Shown: piece by piece, positions 25,933 through 37,942 of the stretch
Layout: the number at the start of each line of letters is the position of its first letter
How positions within the stretch are numbered: position 1 is the first letter of the stretch
NCBI GenBank assembly: GCA_015680685.1
Contig: MNCI01000556.1
Span: forward strand, 1,452,202-1,516,201
DNA from: Gnetum montanum
Lineage: Eukaryota; Plantae; Gnetophyta
Reading direction: 5' to 3'
Length of the DNA stretch: 64,000 nucleotides
The notes under the pieces: model-generated
Database searches by the model: none
Seen by the model: the letters and a program-made list of their open reading frames with translations, nothing else
Told to the model about the DNA's origin: nothing
Translations under genes and position numbers: made by a program

Positions 25933-28580
25933 ATGTCATCCAAATAGAGAGGAGGAAAGAGAAAAAATCCCAAGATCAAAAGGATAAATGAGCATTCCAG
26001 GAAGTTGTTACAGGTTCCTAAGCCTATCTCTCTTCAATCCCCATCTATCACTGCTCCAAGGTAAGCAATTCTACCTATTTTTGCCTTTATTTCTTGTGAT
26101 TTTTTTAGTTTTTGGCTTTCTAGATGTTAAGGCTATTTTAAAAGATATAATCTAGTAGAGGGATTAAAATGGAGTTTTGATAAAATACAATCTCCTAATT
26201 TGGCTACTTCCATGTAGATCTATATTTTTTTTATTGCCTTAGCTTTTGTAGATTTTATTTTGAAAATAAGGTTTGTTGTTTTATGTTTTTTTCTCAATAT
26301 CTTGGGGTATGACAATTTTTTTCATATATAGGCCTTGGAATTTATTCAAATTAAATTTTAAGAAAATTCTACACCATTATTTTGGTGTGAATTTAAATTG
26401 GTTTTAATGGTTTCTATTATTTCAACCATTTTAATGGTTTTTTCTATGAAAAGCAAGAAAGTTTGTGTATTTTTTCTTGGTAAACTAGCTTAACATTTGT
26501 AAAATTAAAGTTCATAAGTTTGTAGTGCTTTTTCTAAGCTTTCCTATGGTTGTTTTCTCATTTAATTTGACTTTGACATAAGGAAGTTATGGTTGCTTTT
26601 CTAACATTGTGCAGTTAGATTGTTTATGTCACTTTTTTAATTTCATATATATTTATGAAATTTTTATAAGAAAATGGAAATTTTTTTGCTATTTTCTAGT
26701 CATAGTTGCATAGGCTATGGCTTTATCTTTTCAACAGAGGTGGAATCACTCAAACTCAACTTAAAATAAATTTTTAATGAATTTTTTGCTATGGCTATGT
26801 GAATCAAGGCAAAACTCACAGTTGTAGTACATTACCCAAAATAGAAGTGGTTTATATGCTTAATTTTTATTTTTTCTAGAAAAGTAAAGATTTTCTATTT
26901 TAACTAAGTTTTTACTATGGATACATGAGTTTTTCTAAGTTTATCGTGCTTTCTTGTAAATTTGTTCATAGTTTAGATGTTTTCTCCAAATCTATGAATG
27001 CTTTGCATAAGTTAGATGTTTTCTTTTTTGAAAACTTATTCTTTAGTTTTTTAATCATGCATAATATAGATGATTTTCTAAATTTATACATAATTTAAAA
27101 TAAGATATAATTTTGGCTATAAAGGGTATAAAATATGGTAACAATGCTTTTATGGAATTTCTTAAGCTAATTTAGATAAACATCCAAGATCTTTTTACAT
27201 AAGCTAATTTCACCTCTGGCTTAGGAAGTTTTTACTAAATTTTTTGAGAAATTATAATTGGTCATGATGTAAGGTTATGCAAGTTTTTGATAATTTTTTC
27301 TTGTGGAATTACTTAGATTAATTTAGATAAACACCTAAAAGCTTTTTATAGAAGCTAATTTCACCTTTAGCTATACGTTTTATCTAAATTTGCTAAGTAA
27401 CTCCAGTAGGTTGCATTATTTTTACTTTGAAAGGTTTTAATTATGCATTTTATGTAATTCCTTAATAATATTTAGATAAAAACCTTACAACATTTTACAA
27501 AGGTTAATTCCACCTTCAACTAGGATGTTTTCCTAACCTAATAAGAAATTCTAATTGGTAACAATGTTTTTGTTTTGTTTCATGCAAGGTCTTCTTCAAC
27601 CCTATCCTCATCATAGTGGAGCTTGTTGGTATTTTGTGCTACATTGGTCATCCCAAGACCAATAATCCACCACATGAAATTCCCTTTGGAAACCTTTTTT
27701 TGTGGTTTTTTGGCTTTGGCAAGGGACTTCCTTACCTACCTTTTTAGGAACTTCACTATGATCTGGTGGTTACACTTGTCCGTAGATGTAGTTGGGGTCA
27801 TTTTGGAGACCCTGTTACCTCAAGTGTCTAGCCTAATTACTAGGTATATTAATAATAGGCTATTTCCTAAGACTAAAGGGGACTAATAGATGCCATAAGT
27901 TTGCATTACCTTTCAAAGATCTGGATGAGGCTAGAGTACAATTAATATAATATTGACAATACTCTAATGATGGCACATAGAGCCCACAAATTATTCCAAA
28001 ATCCACTTGGCACCATGTATCATATATATGGATAAACATGATTATTATAATGTTTTTATGGTTTTGGTGTAATTACCTTACCTAACTTCATTAATTTAAC
28101 TTCTTCCAGGTACAAGGTCAATGATCAAGGCTTGATCATCAATGATCAAATCCTAGTAGAGTCTTAAACTACTTTGGATAATTTAGCAAGGGTTTCCAAA
28201 TTAGAGTTGTTATGTATCAATACTTAAGAAGGGAATTTGATGAATATGCCACCAAGTTTAACCTTGTATACAAAAAGTGCAAGAATGATAAAATGATGCA
28301 CAACTAGTGGGTAGATGTCGATAGCATGGATTAGACCCTTGTACCTGGAACGTCTACATTCCAGAAAAAAAGGTTGAATGTATATTTTATAGTGTTTTAT
28401 GGATTTAAGTGTTTATTGGTTTCCTTGGTTGTTGAAATTGTTCATATGGATGCTAACCTTTGGCTCATAGGACCTTCCACTTCAACTGATGTCACTATAA
28501 CCTTTCACATTCATCTCATGAGGATACGCTCATCCTAATGTTTGCTGATGTGACATTAGCATAAGAGTGGCTAAAGGGAT
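25933..28580 (+). pseudogene. Copy 1 of a multi-exon FCP1/NIF-like accessory gene, truncated by insertion of element C
   Basis: Basic exon ending CCAAG|GTAAG (26060). Exon ~27589-28030 reads PILIIVELVGILCY...ARDFLTYLFRNFTMIW...LSKIW...YNIDNTLMMAHRAHKLFQNPLGT. Further exon ~28110-28372. Homologous to 47058-47828 with the same intron positions. Confidence 0.75.
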
Positions 28581-30785
28581 TGTGACATCCAAAAATTTTG
28601 GTCTCTAGAACACTAAGAAGTCAGTGAGCATATACCATAACCTTAAATCTATGCAAGGATTATGATAGAAAATGGAAGTGAGGTGCCCTGAACAATCTAA
28701 TCAATCAAATAGGGACTTATGTGGTATTTGAGCTACCATATGTCAAAGGGGTTTATAGTGCATTATGTGTAGACACCAAGATTAGCTAAGCCAAATCATA
28801 GAAAGATGTCTCAGCCTTAAAATAGTGACACAAGTATGCAAATATCTATTAAAAAAAAGAAAAATGTGTGAGGTATGCTAATAACAAAGAAAAATGGTTG
28901 GAAAAGAAATGAAATAGAGCTTGAAAATAAAGAAATGCATTGCCCCAAAACTACGAAGCATAACTTTTGCTAGACAGGAGGTGAGGATGGTACATGAAAT
29001 TAGGTAGGCAGAGTGGAAGCATAGTAGTGTAGTCATAATCTTTAGGACATCTAGGATGTAGAGCTACTGGCTACAATAGAGGTTGAACCTACTAGGTTTG
29101 CTATTGCCATGTTCTGTGGGTGCAATGTTGGACTACGTTCTAGGAGATGCCAAGGTGTGAAGCTTAGGTGCTTATGTGCGAGAGTGTTAGGGATGCTTAT
29201 ACAACTAAAATATCCAAAGCTCTTTTAATTTGTCAACCCTTAGAGTGCTAGATGTACGGGTATTTATAGGGCTAAGTTAAGCATGAAATGTGGATAAGCA
29301 CCACATGGCATGGATGCCAAATGGCATGAGCATAGACAACGTTACCCTAACATGCTATGTTCTCATGAGAGTAGCAAAGTATTACACCTTGAAGGATAGC
29401 CATGGGTACCTAGAGACTATTGAACTATGACTACACTACAGGGATTGCATGTGGTAGAGTCTAAGAAACCAAAATATACTTGCAAATATTATACAAATAA
29501 TGTTGCTTGGAGACTACATCTTCCCCTTCTTTAAGCAGGGTCAAGTGTAGGAATAATTTTGGGGACCAATGGTGGTGAAAAGGAAATGCAAACTACTAAT
29601 CTTGGTTGCTAGAGGGATGTTGGAGCTGAAACAAAGGCCGATGCCAAGTTTTGGAGGCTTTTGAAGGGTATTGAAGGCTTTTCTCTAGTGTCAAGCTAAC
29701 TATGCTCTAGAGTGTAACACAGCACTTAGTGAAAATTTGCAAAATTTTGATGTCTCACATTGGTTACATTGGCTACACTAGGGAGCATAGTAGGTATACT
29801 TAGCTAAATTTTGATGAAATATATAATCTTCCTTCATGGTACGCTAGCTACGCTATGGGGTGAAGTAGGCAAGAAAGCCTGAGCAGTTAGGAAATGTGGC
29901 AAATGTGTCCTTCATGTTGAGCTAGCTTGACAAATTCTTGTCCAATACTTAGGAAAAACTAGGCATTGGAACCTATGTCATGCTTACTATGTTATGAAGT
30001 GTAGCATAGTGTGACAATCCAAAAGATAGAAAATTTGCTGATCTATTTTCCATCCTAAGAAATTTTAATAGTCTCTAGTCTAGTACTTGGGTGTGCTGGC
30101 TACTAGGGCATCTGTCAAGCTAGGTATGTTGGGGAGTGTAGCAAGCATGACAACCTAGGAGATAGAAAATTTTCTGACCTATTTCATCCATCCTAAGCAA
30201 CCCTTGGTGACTTCTAGCTTGAAACTTGGGTAAACTAGCCATGGAAGTGTGTGCTACGTTGGCTATGCTAGGGAGTGTTGTAGGTAGACTAAAAGTGTAA
30301 CAAGACACTTAGAAAAAAATTTCATGGCACTACTATTGATACTTAAAAAAATCTTGAAAAATAGGGCTTAATGTGTGCTACGCTAGAGGGTGTAATACTA
30401 GACTTAGAAAAAATTTGCCATGTTTTGACACTTAGACAAATTTACTGTTGAAGATTTCAAACCTTGAAATTGGTGGTGTTTCATTGGACACTCTTTGTTA
30501 ATGTCTGGAGGATTGGCCTAATAGACATTGACAAAGAATATGAAACATCATGGTAAACACGACACCCACACTGCTTATCATTATCTAATTAGATAATGCT
30601 TCACTATGCTTGAGAGTGCTTATGAGAATAGAGTATGGCAAGGAATAGGTTAGGGGGATGGGTCAATGGACAATGGATGAAGAGGATGTTCATTGTATAG
30701 GTAGCTATAGGATGTAGCATTATGATCACTTATCTCCAATGCATGATCCCTCATTGAAGTGATTATGAGTGAGTTAGCATGTAGG
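28581..30785 (-). repeat. 3' LTR of element C (inner boundary approximate)
   Basis: Matches 55514-56000 directly and 56010-58008 in inverted orientation. Minus-strand TATA-like CTATAAATA at ~29265. Purine-rich AAGGGGAGG (minus) at ~30792-30800. Confidence 0.6.
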
Positions 30786-32369
30786 GGTGGCCTCCCCTTA
30801 GGATATTGACTCCTCATTGGAGTGCTTTTGAGATGGTTGATCCAGGGCTGGACTAGTTGCAAAACAACAACATTACTATTTTACTTGGGCATTTATTTTG
30901 TTTCATTCTTCTTTTTCTCTTGGTTATATATATATATATATTATCTCTCTTTTCTTTTGTTCTTTTTCTTTCTCTTCTATTTATTTTTTTTTGAAAGATG
31001 TTTTGTTGTTGGGTGAACTACACATCACTTAACAAAATTTTCTTAGAGGCAATGACATCATGTTTATAGGATAGGTGTTTCATCCCCAAGATGAGTTATG
31101 TTACATACACATGGATATTTTACTAGCCCACAAAGATACACCATGGGATGAGTTTTGTTATGTCCATCACGAGTTTAGCAATTGACTATAGGAAAGGTTC
31201 CATGTGCATCAAGGACACTCATAGGGAGTGTGGAAGAATGCAAGATTAAGAGGTAGAGGTGAACTGTCTTAAAGGGGTAGTAGGGATGTGCACTCTTAAA
31301 TAGCTTAGTGAGTTAAAGTAAACAGATTGAAGCACTGTGGTGACCTACCATTGCAATGAAATGTATCTTTTGAACAACATGATGGAGGCTTCATCTTGCA
31401 AACACAACATAGAGAAAATAAGAGAAAAAAACCACACCATGTGGGATGCAGGAAACGTCTTGTTTGCAAGGGCACTCTAAGGGTCATGAGTGTTTTGTTA
31501 GTTATAGGTGCATGTAGTGCCAAAGTAGGAAGGCTAGTGTAGGCATCATTGGTAGTAGCCTCCAAAAGCTTTGGTAGCTACATAGAAGTGAGCAACCAGG
31601 TGGCTAAAGGCATTATCGATATAGGTGCTTAGGAGTTCTTATCAAAGACAATAGCTAAAAAGCCTAGTATCATGACAAAAAGTCATGGTGTTGGATTCTT
31701 TTTTGAGCTTAAGAAATGGTGAGGGCTATAGGATGGTAGTGTTGTTGCTAGGCCACTGTACCTTTTCTTCTTCGATGAGTGATGTTGATGGTGAGGGCTC
31801 CATCCATGATGATTGAAGATGGTGGTGGTAGCTCTAGAAGGTCAACAAGATGCCAAAAGGAATCTCTAGAATATCAGCAAGATACTCAGGATGGTGATAC
31901 TACAAATGCTCTAGAGTATTTTTTCTTACCGATGTGAACTTCATGCTAAAACTACAATTACCCACCCCACCCTACCCAAGAGGTGTGGGCAAACAATGGA
32001 TTATTGAAAGTATTCTCACTCAATTGTCTATAGACCTACATGTGCCAAACTATGAATGCTAAAGTACAAACATAAATTTAGATATTGGTAGACTACATGC
32101 TATACTAATTTAAGGTCCTAGCAGACCATGAAACTAGTTTAAGATCTGATCAAATCATGATGCACTAGTTTAAGGCCCTAGCAGCCCATTGTGCTAGTTT
32201 AACATCATAGTAGATAGTGGATGGCTAGTTTAAGGCCATTGCAGACCATGCTATGGGTGCTAGTTTAATTTCATAGTGGATTTTCTATACTAGTTTAATG
32301 TCATAGCAAACATTCACTTACCTTACTTTGTCATTAATAGGGCATTGTGCACTAGGCATAGTACAACTT

Positions 32370-34223
32370 TAGGTATGAGTGGTTAATTGGATTGGAAAAC
32401 TCATTACCATCTAGATTAGTAAGCTTGAATGCTCCATTGTTATAGGCCTTTCTAACCAAGAGAGGCCTTTCCTAATTAGCTGAGAATTGGTCTACGAGCT
32501 GTCAAATGACCTTAAGGACTAGGTCCCCCTTCTTGATTAGGCATTAATGTTGATTGTAATGGTGATTTTTATATTTCTTTTCTTGGTACCACTCAATGCG
32601 ACCAATTTTTTGCATGCACTCCTCCTCCATAGAGTTAAGGTTGATGATTCTCAACTTGTTGTTCTAAACCTCATCATTCAAGGTGAAGAGGATCATATGG
32701 AGCAATGGGACTTGTAGTTCAAGAGGCAACATTGCTTTAGTTCCATACATAAGATTATATGGTGTCTTACCTATTGTTATTTTGCATGTTGTGCAGGCCC
32801 ATAGCATGTAGACTAGTTTTTTGTGTCATCGTTGGTTCCTATCACTAAGCATCCTCTTTAGAAGATTGATGACGACTTTGTTTGTAGACTCTACTTGGCC
32901 ATTCACCTATGGGTAGTATGGTGATGAAAAGGAATTCTTAATGCCAAAGTGTTCGCTAAAAGCTTTAGTTTCTACACTATTAAATTGTGGCCCATTGTTT
33001 GTAACTATAGTCATAGGTAGATGAAATTGGGTCACTATTTTGTTTAGAATAAATTTCTAGACTTGTTGTGAGGATGTTTTCCTAAGGGGAATCGCTTCAA
33101 TCCACTTGGTAAAGTATTTAGTTGTGGTTATGATGAAGCTATGTCCTATAGAAGATTTAGGCATTATAGGTCCTATGATATCCAAACCCCAGTGTTGGAA
33201 TGACCATGTAATCTACATAATATGAAGTTTAATGGGTTGCACATACATTAGGTTATCATGTCATTGACACACATCAAATGTTTTGACCTTGAAAACATAA
33301 TCACATTCCATGTAAGGATAATAATAACCTAGATGTCTAATTTTTGCTACCATCGCCCTTGGGGCTATGTGACCTTTGCATAGTCCCTCATGGACTTAAT
33401 CAATGATCATTGGTGCTTTAGTACCACCAATGCAAGTTAACAATATTCCATCATAGGATTTATGACACAAGGTATTATCACCTACAAGGATGTACTACTA
33501 TGATTACTTTTGTACTACATCTTTTTAGGTAGCGGTTAGATTTTAGAAAGGCTCCCCTTGTTTGAGCTATGTGTTAATATCATCATACCACTCTTGGGTG
33601 TGAGATATTCTTGTCATGTCTATGGATGCAATGCTTGTTGTTTGAGTTATAGGTTTCATGTAACCCATTATCAAATTGGGCAATGCAAAAAACATGTTGG
33701 GTGCTATGCTTAGGGCTAAAGTAGTTAATGCATTAGCAATGGCATTTTTATTATAGGGAATATGTTGGATATCTATAGTTGCAAATTGTTTAAGCAAGTG
33801 TTTCACCAAATCATAGTAAGGTTGTAAATGTTGTGCCTTGCAAGCGTAAACTTCTATGACTTGATTGACAAGAAGCTATGAATCACCTTAGATTACTATG
33901 TTTTTTATTCCTAAATCACAAGCTGCTAAGAAACCTCTAAGGAGGCCTTCATACTCTACCACATTATTTGTACAAGGAAATGAAAAGTGATATCTGAAGG
34001 GTCAAATATCATTAGAGGGGAGCATGATAATAGCGGTGGCACTACCACCTTATGTGGTTGAAGCACCATCAAAGTGTAAAACTTCCTTAAAGTTTACATG
34101 TACTTGACTTATTCTATTAACATGCTCATCTGAAAATTTGGATTCATTGTTCCTTGATCATTTATGGGTGAAGCTATGAGTTATGCAGCTATTACTTGAC
34201 CTTTTGTGGATGCTTGTACTATG
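32370..34223 (-). pseudogene. Element C archaeal-type RNase H (aRH) and integrase remnant
   Basis: aRH: LHFDGASTT*GG...FPCTNNVVEYEGLLRG...GDS*LLVNQV. Integrase: GLDIIGPI...KYFTKWIEAIPL, TNNGPQF, SSPYYP*VNGQVESTNK. Confidence 0.9.
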
Positions 34224-35068
34224 TGTTGGCACATTTTGGCCATTTAATGGAGCAGGCTTTGTGAGGTTTTCAGGCTAATCATATAACTAAAGTTCACCTT
34301 GTTTTAAATATTGCCAATATTTTATTGGATGAAGACTTTTTAGAGGTGTTGGGTTGGTAGTTTGAAAGGTTTTTCTCTAATTGATTCACTAGCAAATACA
34401 ATTTTGTTTAAGACAAATGATCAATTGTTCAGAGTTCATGACAATCTTCTACTAGCTATTTTAGTGCCAAAGAAGTATTCATTGGATCTACAAACATGTA
34501 TTGATGTACAAGTCAAGAAGTGGGTTTAGTTAACCTCCATAAGGTATGGGAAGGTAATAAATGTAAGGCAACTTGTAGTCAGCTTAGACAATCTCAATCC
34601 CAATTTTTGGCAAAGAAAAAGAAAATATAGAAAAAATGTATGACCAAATAATGGATTCAATACTGTGAATGGAATGCATCAAAAGAAGAAGAAGAAATGT
34701 GAGTCTTGGTGGTGAAGTGGTTCATGAAGCTCACATACGAATCCTGTGCTCTGGCCAAACGCACAATGACGAGTTTGTGAAGCCTAACTCTGAATAACAC
34801 CCACCCTCTACATCTGCATCTACACAAACTATCGCACTACTCTAGTTTTAGACTAACACTGCTACTACTAGAGAGGCTCTTTCCAGGCCTTCCAGAGGCC
34901 ATTTTTCCAAGCTCTTTCTTCTTAGTCTCAACCTTAGCCTTGGCAATGGTTTCATGCCTTCCACGCATAACAGCAACGACCAGAATTGCCAATTTTGCTG
35001 CCAGTGATTTGCTTTCCTTCTCTGATTTATTCACACCTACCTAGGATCTGATCCTCAGCGAGGAAAAT

Positions 35069-35341
35069 CTACCCTCTGTTCTATTGAATTTTCACAAGGA
35101 TGTTGTGATCGCAGAGGAAGAAAAGCGGGTTCATCCATCTTTCAAGGTGAACAGAGATGAGCAAGGCAATATCTTTGCATGGGGCTCTCAAGACATGAAG
35201 TGTGTCCCCACATAGTACTTGGAAGCCATTAGGAATCTCAAGAGTAAGGGTTTTGTTCCAACTGGAAATCTACATATTTCGTTTGTTCTGGATGAGGAGA
35301 TCGGAGGCCATGATGAAGCTGAAAATTTTGTGGAGTTCAAG
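35069..35341 (+). pseudogene. ACY1: Aminoacylase-1 (peptidase M20A) fragment captured in the 5' LTR of F
   Basis: LPSVLLNFHKDVV..EEEKRVHPSF...DEQGNIFAWGSQDMKCVPT*YLEAIRNLKSKGFVPTGNLHISFVLDEEIGGHDEAENFVE matches plant ACY1 LPSILLNSHTDVV...ARGSQDMKCVG.QYLEAIR...SFVPDEEIGGHDGA. Confidence 0.92.
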
Positions 35342-36159
35342 GTTTCCAGCAGGGTTGCAAGGTAGGTATCTAGGTCAAAAATGATGATGGTAGAACACAT
35401 GTTAGGGTTATTTTCAGAGGTAGTGGTAGCAACATTTTGCACAACTTGCTAGGTCATGAAAGTGTCTGTGGTTCCATGGGTGTCTCCATGCAGGCCACGT
35501 TGAATTCTTTTGCTGTATTTTGCTGGTGAATTGCAGGACTTGGCACGAGCGCTTGCTATGTTTTGGAGTTCTCCCACCATTTTGGAGAAAGCTAAAGGAA
35601 TGAAACGGAGAAAAGAGAATCTAGAAATGGACTTCCCTTCCCTTGCTTTGGTCCATCTTGTCATGAAAGTAGCACAAAAATATAGCACGCACATATATAC
35701 AGCATTACATTCCTGCGTGCATGCCTCTCTCTCTACCTTACTCCATTGGATTAAACTATTTTCCTAGTGCTAGCATCCAAGCTGCCAGCTCCACCACCCA
35801 CAGTCGTAGCAGCTGTGCCTACCTTGGAATGAAAAAATGCTTTCAACACAACAATTTGGTCTGCACGAATGAATTCAAATGAAAATATTTTGTCTGGTCT
35901 CCATCTTTTGCAGCTAAGATCTTAGCCCGTGGATCGCGAAATTGCAGTGTTGATAAGAGGCTTGGTAGGAAAAACACAATCTATCTTGAATCTTGATCTA
36001 GTACCGAACTTGTAAACTTTTGTTCTAAGAAGAAGAGTATGCAATATCACTGAACTATATTAAATCCTAGAACTGCAATATTCTCTTTAAAACAAAAATA
36101 AAATAAAATATTTTATGATTTAAAAATGGAATTTGTGCAACAATTGCTCAAAATCCTAT

Positions 36160-36503
36160 GTGAATTGAACACTTGTCAATTGAAATGGTGGTTATAACCA
36201 CCACCAAGGCCACTTGTCAACTATAGACTTTTTGTCTCCACAATGGCCACTTGTCAACTAAATGGATCATTTGTCAACTAAATGGAACACTTGTTAACTA
36301 CAACTATTTTATCTCCATGGTGACCACTTGGAAATTGAATGAAGACACTTGGCAACTAAATGAAGAAACTTGGAAATTGAATGAAGAAACTTGGCAACTG
36401 AATGAAGACACTTGTCAACTACAGCTTTTTTGTCTCTATGGTGGTTATAACCACCCAAAATTTTTGTAACTTACCTAACTACCTATGAGACCCTATAAAA
36501 GGG
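36160..36503 (+). promoter_or_regulatory. LTR promoter of F: ~21-bp tandem repeats bracketed by two perfect 16-bp palindromes, followed by a TATA box
   Basis: Units (GA)CACTTG(G/T)CAACTAAATGAA. GGTGGTTATAACCACC at 36187-36202 and 36440-36455. CCCTATAAAAGGG at 36491-36503. Repeated at ~42220-42560. Confidence 0.75.
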
Positions 36504-37735
36504 CTTCAAGGGTAGGAAGGGAAGGACACTTAAGGTCTCATATCACACACTTGGGCTCTCACTTGGAGACACACTTTGAGTTCCGGGAAGAGCTTCTAAG
36601 AAGAAATTGTGAACAATTGCTTGTAAGATGGCTTGCTAAAGAAAATATTTTAGCCTCTTTGTCATAGTCTTGTGATTTATGTTTTATTTTTATTTTGTTT
36701 AAATTATTTAGCTAGTGGTTTAGATAGTATCATCCTTGGCAAGTAATTTTGGGATTTTTAGATTGCTCTTATTGTTCTTGTTTCCTGATAGAAAATTTCT
36801 GTGAAAATTTTGCCATAGAAGCACTTGTGTTTAAAAGCCTTAAGAGCATTTTAGTAGTAAATTTTATTATTTTGCAACATATCATAACTTCTATTGAGAT
36901 CATTGTAAGAGAGCCTCTGCTTGTAGTCATGCCATTGAACGATTCAATATTCAAGAGGGTTCAAAAAATCTTTGGTATTTTGATGGGACCAAAATAGCTT
37001 CTTTTATCTTTAAAGTGAATCTCCATGGTATTTCAATCAGAAATTGTCAAGTCTTTTAAAGTTTCTGTTCAATGAAATTGTTGACATCCATTATCTAACA
37101 AAAATGGAGTCTTGTACGTGGTAGTTTACACAACAATTTTTTGGTAACATAGTAGGATTGTCTTGAAGAAATTGCTTATTTGAGCCTTGGAAGTTTGAAC
37201 AATTCGTAGATATTGAATTTGGGATAGCTTTATTGTGAAGTGTTTCCTCGTGTCATTTTACCTTGTTTAAATATTTGAGGTCCATGCAAATCTGCTTTCT
37301 TTTCTATCTATTTCCATCGAATCTTGCTCTATTTCTAGTTTTCTTGTGGAACTATCTCTTTCTCTGGGGAAAATTAGAGGTAGATTCAAAGAGTTGTGCT
37401 CAAATATTTTTTCAAAATTTTATTTGTTACAAGTAGATATTATAAGTACCACGTAGACTAGGAAATTGAACAAAATAGGAACTCTGAACAACTCACAGTA
37501 CTTCGCAAAGTTGGCTGAATCTCTTTAAGACAAGTCATCTATAGTTTACACATAACGCAATCATTTCATTTTTCACAACCACATGCCACAATAGCACACA
37601 CACATACTCACATAAACTACTAAGTTTATTTGGAGGTATTTGGGCCTTGGTGCTTCCAGAGACCAACAGGCACCTAAATCCTATTCGAGGACACTCGTTG
37701 GTAGTCACGTCCCAAACGGTTGCCAATAATTCTTT

Positions 37736-37751
37736 TGGTGCTAGAAGGAGG
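37736..37751 (+). promoter_or_regulatory. Primer binding site, tRNA-Asn(GUU), element F
   Basis: TGGTGCTAGAAGGAGG differs by one CpG decay from TGGCGCTAGAAGGAGG; lies 7 nt after the LTR end. Confidence 0.9.
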
Positions 37752-37942
37752 CCTGAAAATTTAGCCTCTAGGTTCATAAGCCTTATAATTTGAGCACATC
37801 AACAATTCGTTGTTACTATAAATGCTTAAGATATTAGATACTATTTTCAGTTCATGACCAAGAAGATTTATAGTTTGGGAAATTTCAAATTTCATCAGAA
37901 GAAGAACAAAAGAAAGTTTTTGAATTAGGAACAAGTAGTGGA

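Larger units (their letters stand above)
34224..37728 (+). repeat. 5' LTR of element F
   Basis: TGTTGGCA...TGCCAATA; collinear with 40289-43776. Confidence 0.95.

Noticed and set aside
31500-31960. Possible extra captured fragment in the 3' region of element C, absent from B
   Set aside because: No recognisable reading frame or second copy in the window.
35069-35341. ACY1 fragment as proof of mRNA-mediated capture or as a functional enzyme
   Set aside because: The region may lie within one exon of the parent gene, so the lack of introns is uninformative. It is partial and has a shared stop.
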